Source: the human T2T-CHM13v2.0 reference genome, Homo sapiens
Assembly: GCF_009914755.1 (NCBI RefSeq)
Contig: NC_060929.1
Strand: one strand, 5' to 3'
DNA length: 64,000 bases
Part shown: piece by piece, positions 9,862 to 23,500 of the stretch
Layout: every line of letters begins with the position of its first letter
Numbering within the stretch: the stretch's first letter is position 1
Position numbers and translations under genes: made by a program
Notes under the pieces: model-generated
What the model was told of the DNA's origin: nothing
The model's input: only the letters and a program-made list of their open reading frames with translations
The model's database searches: none

Positions 9862-12175
9862 GTACCTATAAAGTTTATTATGAGGATTAATTTAGCACAA
9901 TGCAGGTCTTGGCCACTGAAAAGCTTATTAAATATTTTTTTCTGTCTTCTTTCTTAACTATCTTGATTGTTATCCACTATTAGATGCTTGGCCTTGCAAA
10001 AAGAAGCTTTCAGTCACCAAGTTATTTCACTGAGAAATCTTGAGATTTTGGCCGAAAAGTAACTCCAGAGTGCTTTCCTTAGCCTGTCATCTAATCAGTT
10101 CATCTACTCCTTCTGCATCTTGCTAAAATTCAAATTAATTGAGCCAAATAAACAACCTTAGATATTTAAATAGGCAGTACCATTTTTAGTATTATTTCTT
10201 TTGAACTTTTAGATAAATTATACATAAAGCCTATCTGTAGGGATGTACATGTTGCGGGGGGTGTTTACTGGAGAAAAGAATTTCTGTATTTCATAAGCAA
10301 AAATTGAGGTTAAATCATGTGAATAAAAGAGAAGTACACTCAGATACTTCCTAAATAATACAAGGAAAAATTTCGTATTATCATATTAAGATAATTGTCA
10401 TTGCTTTATGAACACAAATGAGATTTCATCCTTTTTGCACCCTCAGGAGAGAAGAGACTCATTAAGGAAAATTGATAAATTCAAAACACATCAGAAGGGG
10501 AATCTGTTTCATTAATATGCATTCTAATTACAACCATCAGTTTCTCTATAAAAGATATGATCACAGAGTTCTATTAGTAGTGAGCCACCCTAATGTGTGG
10601 TAACACCTAGAAGAAGAATAAATCGATGAGAATGAAGATAAGACAAAAACTCAATTTCTGTTCTTTTTATTTTAATTTTTTGATACATTATGTGATCCTG
10701 GATGTTAGAAGCTTTGCCTAATGACTAGGATATGAGTTAACATGGTTACCTTTTTTAAAAGTCTATTATCAGGTAACAATATTAAAAATTAAAATAACTC
10801 CCATGCTAATCTGATTCCCACAGTTGAGATGATAAAACAGTCACATAGTATGCTAAACACATGTTTTCCAGCAAGTAAGCAGCACAGAATGAGAGAAAAA
10901 TTGGAGGGAAATTTTAGGGAACAGGCTGGTGCATCAGAAAAAAAATGGAAGTAAAAATTTAAAGGAAGATATCAATTAAAAAAAAAAGAAGAGAATTAGA
11001 AGTTCAAAAAATTTTTGTTGGAAAATTCCAAAATGAAGAAACTTAATTAAATATAAGTGCTCCAGGCAAAATGTAATAGATCAGATGTTATGAACAGATC
11101 CAAGCCAATTCCTAGTTTCTAGAAACTGTGAGTAAAGCTTGATTACATGACTAACCTTGAAACGCATGTGTACTAGGACATTGAGACCCATATGTAGAAA
11201 TTAGGAAGCTATTTTCAAAAGGGCTGGAGATGTGAATGTAGGAATGAATAAAATGCTCACGTTATAACTGTTTGATGAGTATTTGCCCTCAAAAAGGGCT
11301 AATACCTCAAAATCAATATACAAATAGGAACCCATTATTTAAATTCCCTGGCCAACATCTCACCTTCTCCAGTCTGTGCAGTAATTTTATACATCAAAGA
11401 GACTCGAAACCTGAGCTGTAGTTTTCCATTTCTTTTTCCTTGCTCACTACAGTAGTCATCAATTCCCAAGTTTATCTTTTCACAATTTTGTCCCAATGCC
11501 TTTATTCCCATGGATATATTATTCTCTCCCCTAGAATATATCAAAAGGTCATTAGTTCTCCCTGCTTCTACTTTCTTCATCACTCTTAGCCTCCTTTGTG
11601 CAATGCAAGACTTATTAAACATTACCGTTATTACACTAGTGATATACCTCTTTAATATTCAGAAATTGAAGATAAGCCAAAAAAAGGAGAAAATTTTCCA
11701 TATTATCCCCATTTAGAGTTAACTAGGATTAATCTTTTGGTGTACAGCCTACATTCCTATGCATATAAAATTCTAAGATCATACTATTTATACCATATTC
11801 ATTTCCCTAAAGCAGTGTTTTGATTATTCACTGCCCAGACAGGCTGATAGTTAAATAGAAGCATGGCATTCTCCAACATATAGAGTCGCTTCTACCTTAC
11901 TTCAGTTACATGCACAAACCACTGATTAAGTGAAATTCTTGTCCAAGCTGTTTCTTTAAAACAACTTGGAGTTGTATTTCCCACTATTGTGCCTTTGTTC
12001 AGTCAATCCAAATGATTTGGCCTTCTTACCACCTAGACCATTAGCCTATTTTTCAAGGCTCATTCAAACATGGTCTTTTCCTTGGCACCTTCCCTGACCT
12101 CCCAGTCTGAAATGATTCTGTCTTTTCTCTGAATTCTGCTCACCCTATGTTTGGACAGCTCAGGCTGCCTTGTCA

Positions 12176-12258
12176 TTTTTTTTAATTTGTAGAGATGAGG
12201 TCTTAGCTATGTTACTCAGGTGGGTCTCAAACTCCTGGGCTCAAGTGATCCTCCCACC
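12176..12258 (-). mobile_element. AluJ/FLAM monomer fragment
   Basis: tttt..gtagagatgaggtcttagctatgtt..ctcctgggctcaagtgatcctcccacc. Confidence 0.85.
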
Positions 12259-12834
12259 AAGTTGTCAATAATTTCAAAAGTTTTTATTTATGAAATGTTC
12301 TTACATACCTAAGAAATTTCCAGGCAGCTAAGTTTCATCTAATTTCCTAGTTTCTATTATTTTTAAAGCAAATTGGTTAATTTTTCGTTAAAATTTTAGT
12401 AATCTTTTTACACTCCTGGGAATATGAATAATTCTTGTCTCCTTTTAGACGTTTTCATTTTTCATTCTACCAAAACCCAGTCCAATGTATCATCTCCCTA
12501 GTGGTTATCATTCATGTTCTATTTCTCTTAAATTCTGTTGCTTTCCAGACATAAAAGAACTTTACTCTTAAATCATAAATAGCTGTGACATGTTCTGTAT
12601 ACCCTATTGTAATAAATACTCTAATACCACTAGCAACTTATGTATCTAAGCCTTGCCAGTTGCCCAAATTAAATGGATGTTTGATTTTTCTTGATTATTA
12701 TATATGCATCAAATTTAAAACACCTGAATGCCTTTGGTCAACTTTGTCCTTCAACCCATGACTGTTGTGCTTCCTTGTGGGTTTCCTAGACAGTAGAAAA
12801 ATATGCATTTTATTTAATACTTTTAAGCATACTG

Positions 12835-12844
12835 TCTCTCTCTT

Positions 12845-12879
<35 letters not shown>
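12835..12879. repeat. (TC)n / TTTC microsatellite
   Basis: Pyrimidine dinucleotide run. Confidence 0.9.
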
Positions 12880-12880
<1 letters not shown>

Positions 12881-13049
12881 GTTCTCACTCTTGCCTTCAC
12901 TCCCACTTTTGCTCTCTGCTCTCTCTTCCTCTGTGCTCTTTCAGTCTTAAATTATTACAGTTTATGCAAAGAATTTAAATCTCATATCTTCTCCACTAAC
13001 TTCTAATGCTTTTTAAGTGTCAGGGTACATATAATATTTGGGTAGACAA

Positions 13050-13950
13050 ACCCTTCCATCTGACTGAAAAGAGTGATGGGGGAGTGATGGGGCATGACTG
13101 GAGAGGAAATCTGTATTTGAATGATGAAGGAACTCGTATTGCCAATAACTTGGATTTTGTTCTGTAAGTGAGATGGAGGCCATTTTTCTATCGCTTTTGC
13201 AGGGTGGAGAATAGATCTTGTAGGACAGATGATGGGGATAAGTGTAGAGACAGAGATCAGTTATAATGTTATAACAACATTCTAGGTCAGTTTTTCTTAC
13301 CACAAAAAGAAATGTGTTTGACATTGTGACTTAGAAAAAAATAATTCTTTCTATCTGTGGTGAAGTCAATGTTCTCTATTCTATTCTATTCTGTTTGATT
13401 CGATTCGATTCAATTCTATCTTAATCACTTAAAATGCTGGTCTGGACAACCTAAATTAATTTAAAAACCCACTAGTTATACACAATCTGCAACTTGAAAA
13501 CCACTCATTTAGATGAATGACAATGGAGGCCTAAACAAAGGTAGAGAGAAGATTTAAGAAAATGGAAACAAGATAGCTTGGTGATTAGTTGGGTTTAGGC
13601 ACAAAGAAGAGCCAAGAATGACTAAAGGTTTTGTGTTGCTGGATGACGGTACATCAAATTGAGATATGGAGAGCATAAAAAATAGCAGTCCTAGGGTCAA
13701 AAAATAAGGGCTTTGAATATACTGAATTTGTGTTATCTGTAGCAAAGTTATATAGAGAGAAAAATTTAAGGATCGGAGATAGAGCTTTAGGAATGAGCAT
13801 GTGGGTGATAGTTAAAACTTGAACGGGGCTGAAATCATTGATTTTGCATATCATGAGAGAGAGAAAACTGAGGTGTGATTCATGTATAAAACCATCATTG
13901 AAATGAGAGTCCAAGGAAGAGGATGCAATAAAAGTCATGGAGAATTAATC
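13050..13950 (-). mobile_element. L2 fragment interrupted by a hAT-Charlie element (about 13289-13506) carrying a (TTCTA/TTCGA)n pentamer run
   Basis: Purine-rich antisense L2 motifs on both sides; the insert ends ...cttgaaaaccact; pentamer run at 13374-13420. Confidence 0.55.
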
Positions 13951-15153
13951 TCAGTAACAGAGCACTTACTGTCCTGAGAAAATACTTGTAATTGGGCTGT
14001 GTACCACATATCCCATTCTTTTTCTTAGGGTAATGTTTCACCATGAGGTGTCATTTCCATGTATATGTAAGTTGAAACTTGCTAAGTATATCTAAAACAG
14101 CGATAAGAATTAGCCAAATAGACAACCTTGGGTCATTTAGTTAAGAATTTAGACTTGGTACAAATGCAGTTATCACTTGATGGTTAAGCAGTGGATTACA
14201 TAAGGAGCCAAGTTCTCTCTGCTGTATGTCATCTTTTCATTTTCCTTTATTTTGCTATTTCAGGAAAAGATAGTGGCTAGTATTAATCTTTGAGATGCTG
14301 TGCTTATATCCCTGGTTATCTGTTTTCAAGTAATTACCACTTTTCTAAAGCTTCTGTCTTGAAGCCATTTTTATGAAGTAAAATTAATTTGTCACTTGTT
14401 CCCCTCTGAATATGATCATGAAAGCTTGAAAATTCATTCTTAAGAAATTCTTATTGCCCAAGTAACTGTATTTGAGAAAAATGAATTACCATCTAAAATG
14501 TAACTGTTTCTTTTTAAAGAACTTAGTAATTGCTGTTCTTTAGTATTATATTTTCCCTTCTACTGATAAAGTAAACTTAGCAGGCTTGCATTCTTTTATG
14601 AACTGCCAGAATAAATAAGAATATGTTACAGTCAGACTAAATAGTGCGACCAGTGATAAGAAAAAAGGGCAGCACTGATTATGGCTGAATAATTATTAGA
14701 AGGCAGGCATGGCAAAGAAGCAGTGGTAGAAAGTGAAGTGTCTTCAGTCAGAAAATAAAGAAATGATCGAAGTAGGAGTAGAATTAAGAAGTCCAGAATC
14801 TTAGCAACATAAAGTTGAAGCTGTTATATTTTTTTATAGTAGACTTCGTAGCAGCTGCTATGGGAAATGCCTGCAAGGCCAAAGACACTGAGAAGCTTCT
14901 TGCAACTCAGACAGTCTTTTATGCGGGGATAAAAAAAAAAAATGGAAGAAAGGGGAAAATTTAGGCATGACATAGAATGGGCTGTTCTGTGTTTCGCAAT
15001 GAGAACACATTGTTAAATACACCTGAAAAACAACCGTATAATTTGCTTTTGATTCTCTTGGGCTATATTTTAGGTATCAAATAGCATTTCTAAGCTGTTT
15101 TAAATGCTGCCATCTTTTAAAATGTTTTTATATTTTTATGTTTTGTATTTCAG

Positions 15154-15256
15154 CTATGAAGACGGCCAAGTGGGAGATGCAAATATTAATACACAAGAAG
15201 GAGGCATTCACAAAGAGATCCTCCGAGTAATTGGTAATCAAACTGCTACTGGTTAA
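15154..15256 (+). CDS. PARP8: PARP8 terminal exon, coding part (VYEDGQVGDANINTQEGGIHKEILRVIGNQTATG*)
   Basis: Acceptor ttttgtatttcag|CTATGAA. In frame with the previous exon (GT|C = Val); TAA at 15254-15256. Matches the recalled PARP8 C-terminus. Confidence 0.96.
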
Positions 15257-15464
15257 AGGACCACCATTTAATTAACATGATTCGAAAGCCTTCCTCGGGT
15301 TCAAAGCTGGATTTTGAACTGAAGAAGATTATAAAATTATTTATTGTTATTATAAACAAAATTAACCCTTTGAATACTGATTTTTTTTCTTAGTATTTCT
15401 AAGTATCTCATTAAATACCTAAAATGGTATAAGATTTATCAATTGTAGGGTTATGGAATCTAGT

Positions 15465-15516
15465 AATAAAATTTCAACAGCACTTAAACTGAAGTTTGGG
15501 TTGCTCATACAATAAA
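15465..15516 (+). terminator. Proximal polyadenylation signal pair (AATAAA 15465-15470 and 15511-15516)
   Basis: Two canonical hexamers 210-260 nt after the stop codon; GT-rich tgttttgtg about 15 nt after the second. Confidence 0.6.
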
Positions 15517-18500
15517 CAGATTGAAAAAACTGTTTTGTGCTGATATTTTTATACTAAACTCTTTAACTGGATATTTGGTATTATATACCGACATTTTAGG
15601 TTACCAAAATAGAATTGAGAACATTTTATAATGGCATCTAAATCTATCAGATACTTTGCAATAAGTATACTGTTTGCACATTCTGATGTGCTATATCATT
15701 AGTAGTATGGGCATTCTAATGTTTTGGAAGGGGTGTTCCCTATTCTATTTTTCTTCATAAAAAAAGAAGTAGGTCTTAGAAGCAGTGCTTTGCCAAAAAG
15801 TATGTAATATACACATCTATACATTCATGCATCAAAATGTGTGGTTGTGAATATATTTGTGTATATTCACACGTATGTTTTGACAAGAAAGATGGCTTAG
15901 CTTCACAATTCTATCCTCGTTTAATGGAAAGAAGATAATATTTAGTAAGCAATAAATTTGGACATAAATCAAGATATGAGCCAGATTTACCACCATTCAT
16001 TCACTGAAAATATTTGCAGACAATTTTTCTGTTTGTCTGAAGAAATTCAGCCCTTTTAAAATGTTATCTAAAAGTCATAATTTGGGGAACATACATGGCC
16101 TGGTAGACCGAATCTATATTCAAATGATTATGTATTTAAAAGAAAGACCTCAGAATTTAAAGAAACCATATATATTTTTTATTTACTACAAAAAAATTAT
16201 ACAATTTTATTTATGCCACACCAGCATTTTTATATTTGTTCATCTAATATCTCTGCTTATTTTTTTCATATTGAGAAAGAACACAAACTTTGATGCTTCT
16301 TTTATATTAAAAGACCACAAATAAGTTTATAGAGAACAGTAACACCAGCTCTCAGCATTTCCTTTTCAAGAGTCATAATTTCATCAAAATCATTTCTTAT
16401 TCTTTGAGTCCTAGAGTTCTTATTCATCAAGTTTTAATTGACAGTGTTTATTTTCCCACATGTTGTCTTTGGAATAAGGCCATTCATGAAAGCAGTTTAA
16501 TTAGTGAGTCTGCCACTCTATTCAAACCCTGAATCAAGGCTCTATCTGATTTTAATTTATGTAAAAAAAAATAAAAATGTATAGTCATTTGCAAGTATAA
16601 TGTGATAACTGCTGTGTTTATTTCCTTTGTCTGGCATAAAAGGTGAGAAAAAGGTCATACATGTTGTTAAGGGTAGCAGTTTAGGAAGTGTTTTCTAATA
16701 ATTTGTTTTGTTATATTGCAAATAATTGATATGCCACTTATTTCTGCAAGAAAAATAGGCTTGAAGTGGTTGGGATATTAATCATTTTGATAGTATCTAC
16801 TTAAAGCATTGATCTGTTTTGACTTGTGGCTCTGAACCCTGGGCTAGGCTGAGGGATAATAGTAGTGGAGTAGGGCAAAGATATAATATCCTATCCAGTG
16901 TTTTGTGACCACTTATTTGAAGATTAGTGTGGGACATGAGGACCTTGCTACTTTTTTGCCAAGATGCTGCAAGTCTCCCAAATCACTTCAACTGTGTTTT
17001 TAAAACATGTTTAAGCAACAGAATTATTTTTTTGAAATTAGTCTATACGTTAGACAGTCTATACATGACAAACATGAAGATCTAATATCAAGATTTGGGA
17101 GACGGGATCTTGGAACTCCACCTGTTTGACCACTAGGACCACTGAGGCACCTCCAATAAGCTCTGTAGAGTGCCTCCAGCATAATTCAAAATCCACTGAC
17201 CTAATCCATTATGGCTTTACTTAACATTGGAGTGATCCGTAAAGAATATAGTATTGGAGTCTGAACTGGAACGGTAACTCGTAAGACTCAAGAAAGACCG
17301 TTTAAGGAAAATTGGCATAATACAAACTGTTCCTGTTGACTTAAGAATAACAGTAGGTTCACCTATCTGAGGAAATTAAGTAGTTGATAGTTTAATGCTA
17401 GGCATCTTTTATGATAATAAAGTAAGATGTCTTCTTATGACAGTTAATTGAGTTGTATCATGATACAGAATGACAGATTTTGTTTCAAACAATTGCGTCA
17501 GAACCTTTGTAAGCAAATATTCTAAGGAGAATCAATCTTATTTTTTAATTGAACTTTTTAAAATTAGGGATACTATAATAACTGATAAAGATGAATTTCT
17601 GTGTTTCTAAAGAATCTAATTTCAATTACTACCATTAACATATAAATGTGCTTCCAAAATCCAAGCAGGTCCATACAATTTAGAGATTTGAACACTGTTA
17701 TCATGCTTTAATTCAGTCATTCATTAAAATATTATCTATTCACTTATTTGATGATTCCAAACATTTGATATTGTATTGTGTTTTTATAATTATTTGAAAT
17801 CTGTTCACCAGTGCTTTGTAATGGTTTTATTAATTGTGTAGCCATTGCTACTTAGATAGTAACCCACTGAGCAAAGGCAGTCATTTATTTTCATCCTTGA
17901 AGTAGGGGAAGAAAATTATTAATTTATTAGTTCTACTTTTTCCTGCATTGCTTATTTTGTAAACATTTTATTATGAATAATCTGTTCTCTTTCACTGTAT
18001 TAAAAGGAGAAGAAAATGAACATTTGAGAATGGAAAAAAGTAATAATATACAAATAATCTAGTGCTATAAAATGCATTATAGTAAGACACTTTTGGTGTC
18101 TTCGAGTGCACTATGTTGGAATAAATTTTATACTTGTTGCTTAGTAAATCTCAGTCATACGTTTGGTTTGAAGCTGTTTTTTTTTTTAATTTGAAGTTTA
18201 ATTTTAAAAGTGCCACATTGTAAAAGTTACCGTTAAATACTATGTAGTATAAAAAACCAACCCAAGCTATTGTTAATGCTCTGAATGTTTTTCTTTGAAA
18301 ATTTAAGTTTAGAGAAGAAATTCCTTCATTTTTCTCCCCTTTGCTAAAAGAAAGAAAATCTATAATATGTAAGTCTATGAATCTTTAAATAACTGAAGGA
18401 ATTTTAGCAGTACTTTGTATAATAAAAATATTTTTTAAACTATAACTTGCCTTAGAGCATGGGGTTTCAGAAAGTTTTGACGAAAAACTCATCTTCATTA

Positions 18501-19684
18501 AAGAGTCTGGATAACTTCATCAGATGGTAATTTAATATGTCATGAAGGGGACACTCAACATTGGGTCATCTACCGTCTAAATAAATACGGATTTCATGGT
18601 GGCATTTGAAGCACATTTTGCAAACATTATGATGTTCTATTGTCTTGCTGAATTCTTTATTATAACACTACCTCAAGACAAATGATAGACTGTTGGTAAG
18701 GTAAATTGGGTTTTCAATGTCAGGAACAAATAAAATTTTGCAAATAGAAGTCATCAAATAATTCAACAGGAAGACCATACTGGACACAGATGTTGTCAGT
18801 TACTTCTGGACAATGTGGTAACATGGATATTTCAGTCACTGGTAACAATGTCAGGGTTAACACCCAATGAATTATTTGAAACAATTTGGGTTGCAAAATT
18901 TGAAATTAATTAGTCTATTTTGAGATTGATTTTCTACGTGGGCCAATTTTATGTCCATTACCTAAAGCCACAATCTCCCGCTCTAAGGAGTTAAAGGATG
19001 AAAACACCCAACTGCTACACTGGAATGGCAGACTGGATATTCAAGCATTTTGGCATTTAATGCCTGCTAAATTTTTGTCCGATTATATATAGATTTGATG
19101 TATATTATTACCCAGTAAATTCTTCTTGGGAATTTTGTATACATTATGGAATATTAGGATAAGTTTTTGTAGGTCAGAAGAATTTCAAGTAGTTTTTAGA
19201 CAAAACATATCCATGAGTGTGAAAAAAGCTGTGTTGACGAATAGATTACATTTCACATTTACCAGCAAGTCAGTAAAAAATAGTGCTTATTTACATAGTC
19301 AATATAATTTAATGTTCTAAAAATAATATCTTCGATCTGCCCAATATTTAATGTATCATTTGAGATTTTTAAAAATGCAGCCGCTCCATTATGTAAACAT
19401 TAAGATATGCCTATGTTTCTTTAACTATACAGCCTCTTTACAATAAATTTCTTGATTTTTGTGCACAGGATAGTATTGCAACCTGCTATTTAGCCTTTGG
19501 TGCCTTAGAATTATTATAAATATTTAACAATATGTACATAATGTAAATACTGCCAAGAGATCAGTAAGGCCAAATATTTTCTCTATTCACTTTTTATTGC
19601 TCTTGCTTTCTATTGCTACTAAAGCCTCTTTTATCCAGCTTTGTAATAGTTCCAACATTGTAGCGAATGTAAATGTTTACTTTC

Positions 19685-19690
19685 AATAAA
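19685..19690 (+). terminator. Distal polyadenylation signal AATAAA
   Basis: Canonical hexamer with several upstream TGTA (CFIm-type) motifs and downstream gtatatgtgg...tatttt. Confidence 0.7.
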
Positions 19691-22186
19691 TCTGAACTTG
19701 TTCAACAAGTACGGTATATGTGGGCAGTATTTTGAAAACTCAGTTAGGCTTTAGATTCTCCTCTTGATGAACCTTGCTTCTAGGGGCTATGTATTTGAAG
19801 GTCTCAAGAAACTCTAAAAATGATGTTGCCCTTTTTGTTTTTAAAATGAGGGAAAAAAAGAAAGTCTTTTCAGTATTCCCCAGGTATTTTCAATAGATTT
19901 AAATTGATTGTATGAGTGCCGTTTTAATTTCAAATTCTCTCAAGAAGTATAGCAGTGAAACAAAAGATTCTTGTATGTTTGTACGTGTTTCAGTTTGTAA
20001 CATCTGGCCATGATATCTAAAGGAGCATTTCAAATGAAATGTCCTGAATTTTCTAAGCATTTTTGACCTGATAAGTAATCAGAAAATGATTTTTAAAGCA
20101 CCACTTTTTATAAGATACATCTTATTAACTGAATAAGATCTCAGTCCATAAATAAATATGGTCCTGTAAACCCATTAATAGTAAAAAATTATGAAGACCT
20201 TATTGTATATTCTTACAGTAAGTAAAATAATTTTTTATTCATGATATATTCATAACTGAGAAGCTTTAGATAGCAAACTTCTTTTGTTTGACTTGATTTC
20301 AGTTACTCTAGAAATACTTGTTGGGAGTCTAGTATGCATTTTTGACAGTAAGTATAAGGAGTAGAGAATATTAGATTTTGTCTTGCCCTTAAGGAAACTT
20401 CAATTTTTTTGTGAAAAGAAAGCAAACACATTTGGAAATAATTGTAGAATAGTACAAGATGAACAATGCAGAATGGAAAAGACAAATGCAAGCAAAACTT
20501 GGGGGAAAGAACAAACCATTGCATTCACTGAATGAAAACTGCACCCTTAATATCTTGAATCCTTAAATTAGTACTACTGAGTAATGTTGTTAATATTATT
20601 TCCATTTACTTATTCACCAGACACCTCACAACTCTAAAACAAAACCTAATACTCTCTTGGCCCTTATACTGACTGTCAAGATGCATCCTAGGTTCTTAAC
20701 AAGTATTTCTAGAGTGATTGGAATCAAGACATGTACTTTGTTTTTGATAATACATATATTAGAAAGCACTTAATTTTTTGTTGATTTTTTAAATTTCTAA
20801 TGATGTTTGTTACTCCCGTGACACTTATCTGTCCTCCTCATGGAAGCTGGCCAGAGCATAGTTCTAACTCTCCAGTTAACTTAATTTACCTTTCCCAGTC
20901 CCCCCACTTTTAATGACCACTGGCTAGCCTGATAAAATCACCTGTGCTTTTAAAAACCATGCAGGCTGCTTTATTGGAAAGTCAATGTTAAGAATTACTC
21001 AAAGTGTCTGAATTTATTTGGCCTCTATTTCTGTTCCCAACTTCTGGGTCCCTCTTTTTAATTATTTCAAATAACAGTGACTTGTAACATGGATCTAAGA
21101 AGACTGATCTTTTCAAAGATATCCAACATGTATATATTTTTAAAAAATCATGTATTCTTCATTTTCAGATAAAAGTTTTGATTAAACAGTTTTTACTTTA
21201 TATAGCACTTTATAATTTAGAAAGCACTTTCACATAGACTGTCTTATTTTCTCTTCAAAAATAAGACAATGTAGAATGTACTTAGTAGGTATCCTGGTAT
21301 CACAGATGAGAAGCTAATCACTTTCCAAAGAGGTCACTATGCTCCAAAGCTAGCATCAGGGATTCTGAGTCTCATCTCTGAGCTTTCTAATAAACCAGGT
21401 TTATTACTGCTGAGATCCCATCTTTGCAAGACTCATAGCAAAGGTAAGAATTATAGGAGACTAGTGAGAAGAGTCAGTGAAGACAGAGTGCTGACTGCCT
21501 TCAAGAGCTGTATCAGGGAAACCTGAAATACCATTGTATAGGCTGGGTGTGATTTTATTCTAGAGAGCTTGGAAGGAAAGAAGTCTGCACTTGATGTAAT
21601 TGGCAATGGAAAAATCATTGTCAGCCCTTGGGTGAGTGACATGAAAGGGGGGGTTTAGAAGCATGTTGGCAGCTGTATGCAGAGAGGATTTCTGAGAGGG
21701 AGGCAGAAAGCAAGAAGAAATATTAGGTATCTCTTGTAGTAATTCTGACAGGAATGAAGACTTAAGAGAAGAAGGACTGAGAAAAAGGATGGATATAAGA
21801 AACAGTAAGAGAATATTTAGGAAAAAGAAGTAGGAAACGAGATCCAATTTATAATATAAATTGAGAATAATTTCCCTCTTGATTTTTTATTGGAGATCGA
21901 TTAAGATTCTCCCATAGCATTTAGTATTCCGAGAAGGACTGACTGAAGACAAATGACTTGGCTATGCTGGCTCTACACTAAGAAGCCTGTGAGCACATAT
22001 TCAGCCATGTGAAGGGAAAGAAGAGAGAAGGAGTATTCTGAATCACATGGAGACATGTTTGAGAACAAATCTCCCCTACACCTGTAAAAACAGGCTTACT
22101 AAATACTGAGATCTGTAAGAGAATGGTTGCAGTAGTGCAGTAAATCTCCTTTCTGTTTTAATGTGATTTATTATTTCCAAGATCTA

Positions 22187-22188
<2 letters not shown>

Positions 22189-22264
<76 letters not shown>
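22189..22264. repeat. Compound microsatellite (GT)20(GA)18
   Basis: Two perfect adjacent dinucleotide runs. Confidence 0.97.
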
Positions 22265-22266
<2 letters not shown>

Positions 22267-22379
22267 CATTTTAGCCTGGGGAACACTTAGGACTCACCAC
22301 CCAGAATGGTGGCATCCTATTCTTTACACTCAACTTGAAAGACACAACCCACTGTGAATGGCTCCAACTCTGACCTGTA

Positions 22380-23500
22380 GTCTGATGAGTCTGATGACTC
22401 TTAAATCTGCAGCTCTTCTTTGATCTTTCCCTTGAGCTTCAAAATTACATGATCAAATACCTCCAAACAAACATCTCTTCCTGAATGTTCCCGGGACACC
22501 TCAAACAAACTCTAACAAATGTCCCCACCCCCCACCATTCTACTCCTCTTCTTGCACTGTTATCAACGAACCAAAGAATGGCCACACCTTCCACCTGTTT
22601 GCCCAAGTGAGAAGAGAAATTATCCCCTATCCCCTTCCCTTTCACCCAGTCCCATCCTCCAATCAATAGCTAAGCCTTGTTAATTTTTCTTGTTGAGTGT
22701 CTTGATGATGTGTTCAACAACCTCGTTCTCTCCTGTGACTTCCTTTGCTAACATTCATGTAGGTTATAGCAGTATCCTTGACTTAATCCAGTACCCTTTA
22801 CCGGGAACAAATTCAGCTAGCACATAGTACACTTACGATTGGTAAAATACTGAATGCCTCTGTATGTTAGTAAATAGACATCCAGCCCCATATTGCCCAG
22901 ATGCAGCAACAAAAATGTTAGCTTAACACACAGAGGACGGACCTTCCTCCTGTACTTTGCCCCCTGCTAAATAGGCTATGACTGGCTCTACCTCCTTCCT
23001 GACCCTTTGCCCTCTCTTAATGCTGAAGCTAAAGTGATCTTACTGAAATGAAAATCCAATTTTGTAATTCCTTTGTTTAAAATCCCTTCAATATCTCCCA
23101 GTTTCTCACTCAGTAAAAATTTCTCATCAAACCTTTCACACATGACCCTTCATGGTCAAGCCCCTGCTTCCCTCTCATCCCTCTCCAGCCTCATTTTCCA
23201 CCACCACCTTACACTCAGCATTGCAACCCCACTGAATTCTTGGCAGTTCCAAGAACAGCCCATTGCTTCCCACCTCTCACTTGCTTTTTCTTTCTGCCCC
23301 AGTCACCATTTCCAATTTATACTTCTTTTGACTCTCAACTTATTCCCAGTCTAAACCAAATGGTCCTTCTAGATCTTTTCCAAGTATCTGGCCATAGTTC
23401 ATCTATTTCACTTAGCACACAGTGTTGAAAATGTTTATTGATTTGCCTGCTTTTTCCCCCCAACCCGGCTACCCTTCCTCCATACCACCATGCACAGATT
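22380..23500 (+). mobile_element. Degenerate L2 LINE fragments
   Basis: catctcttcctgaatgttcccgggacacctcaaac, gtgatcttactgaaatgaaaatccaatt and cacttagcacacagtgttg are L2 hallmarks. Boundaries approximate. Confidence 0.65.

Larger units (their letters stand above)
15257..19707 (+). other. PARP8: PARP8 3' UTR (long form, about 4.4 kb; end approximate)
   Basis: AT-rich, with no Alu or L1 seen, from the stop codon to AATAAA at 19685-19690, followed by a CA and GT/T-rich downstream sequence. Confidence 0.7.
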
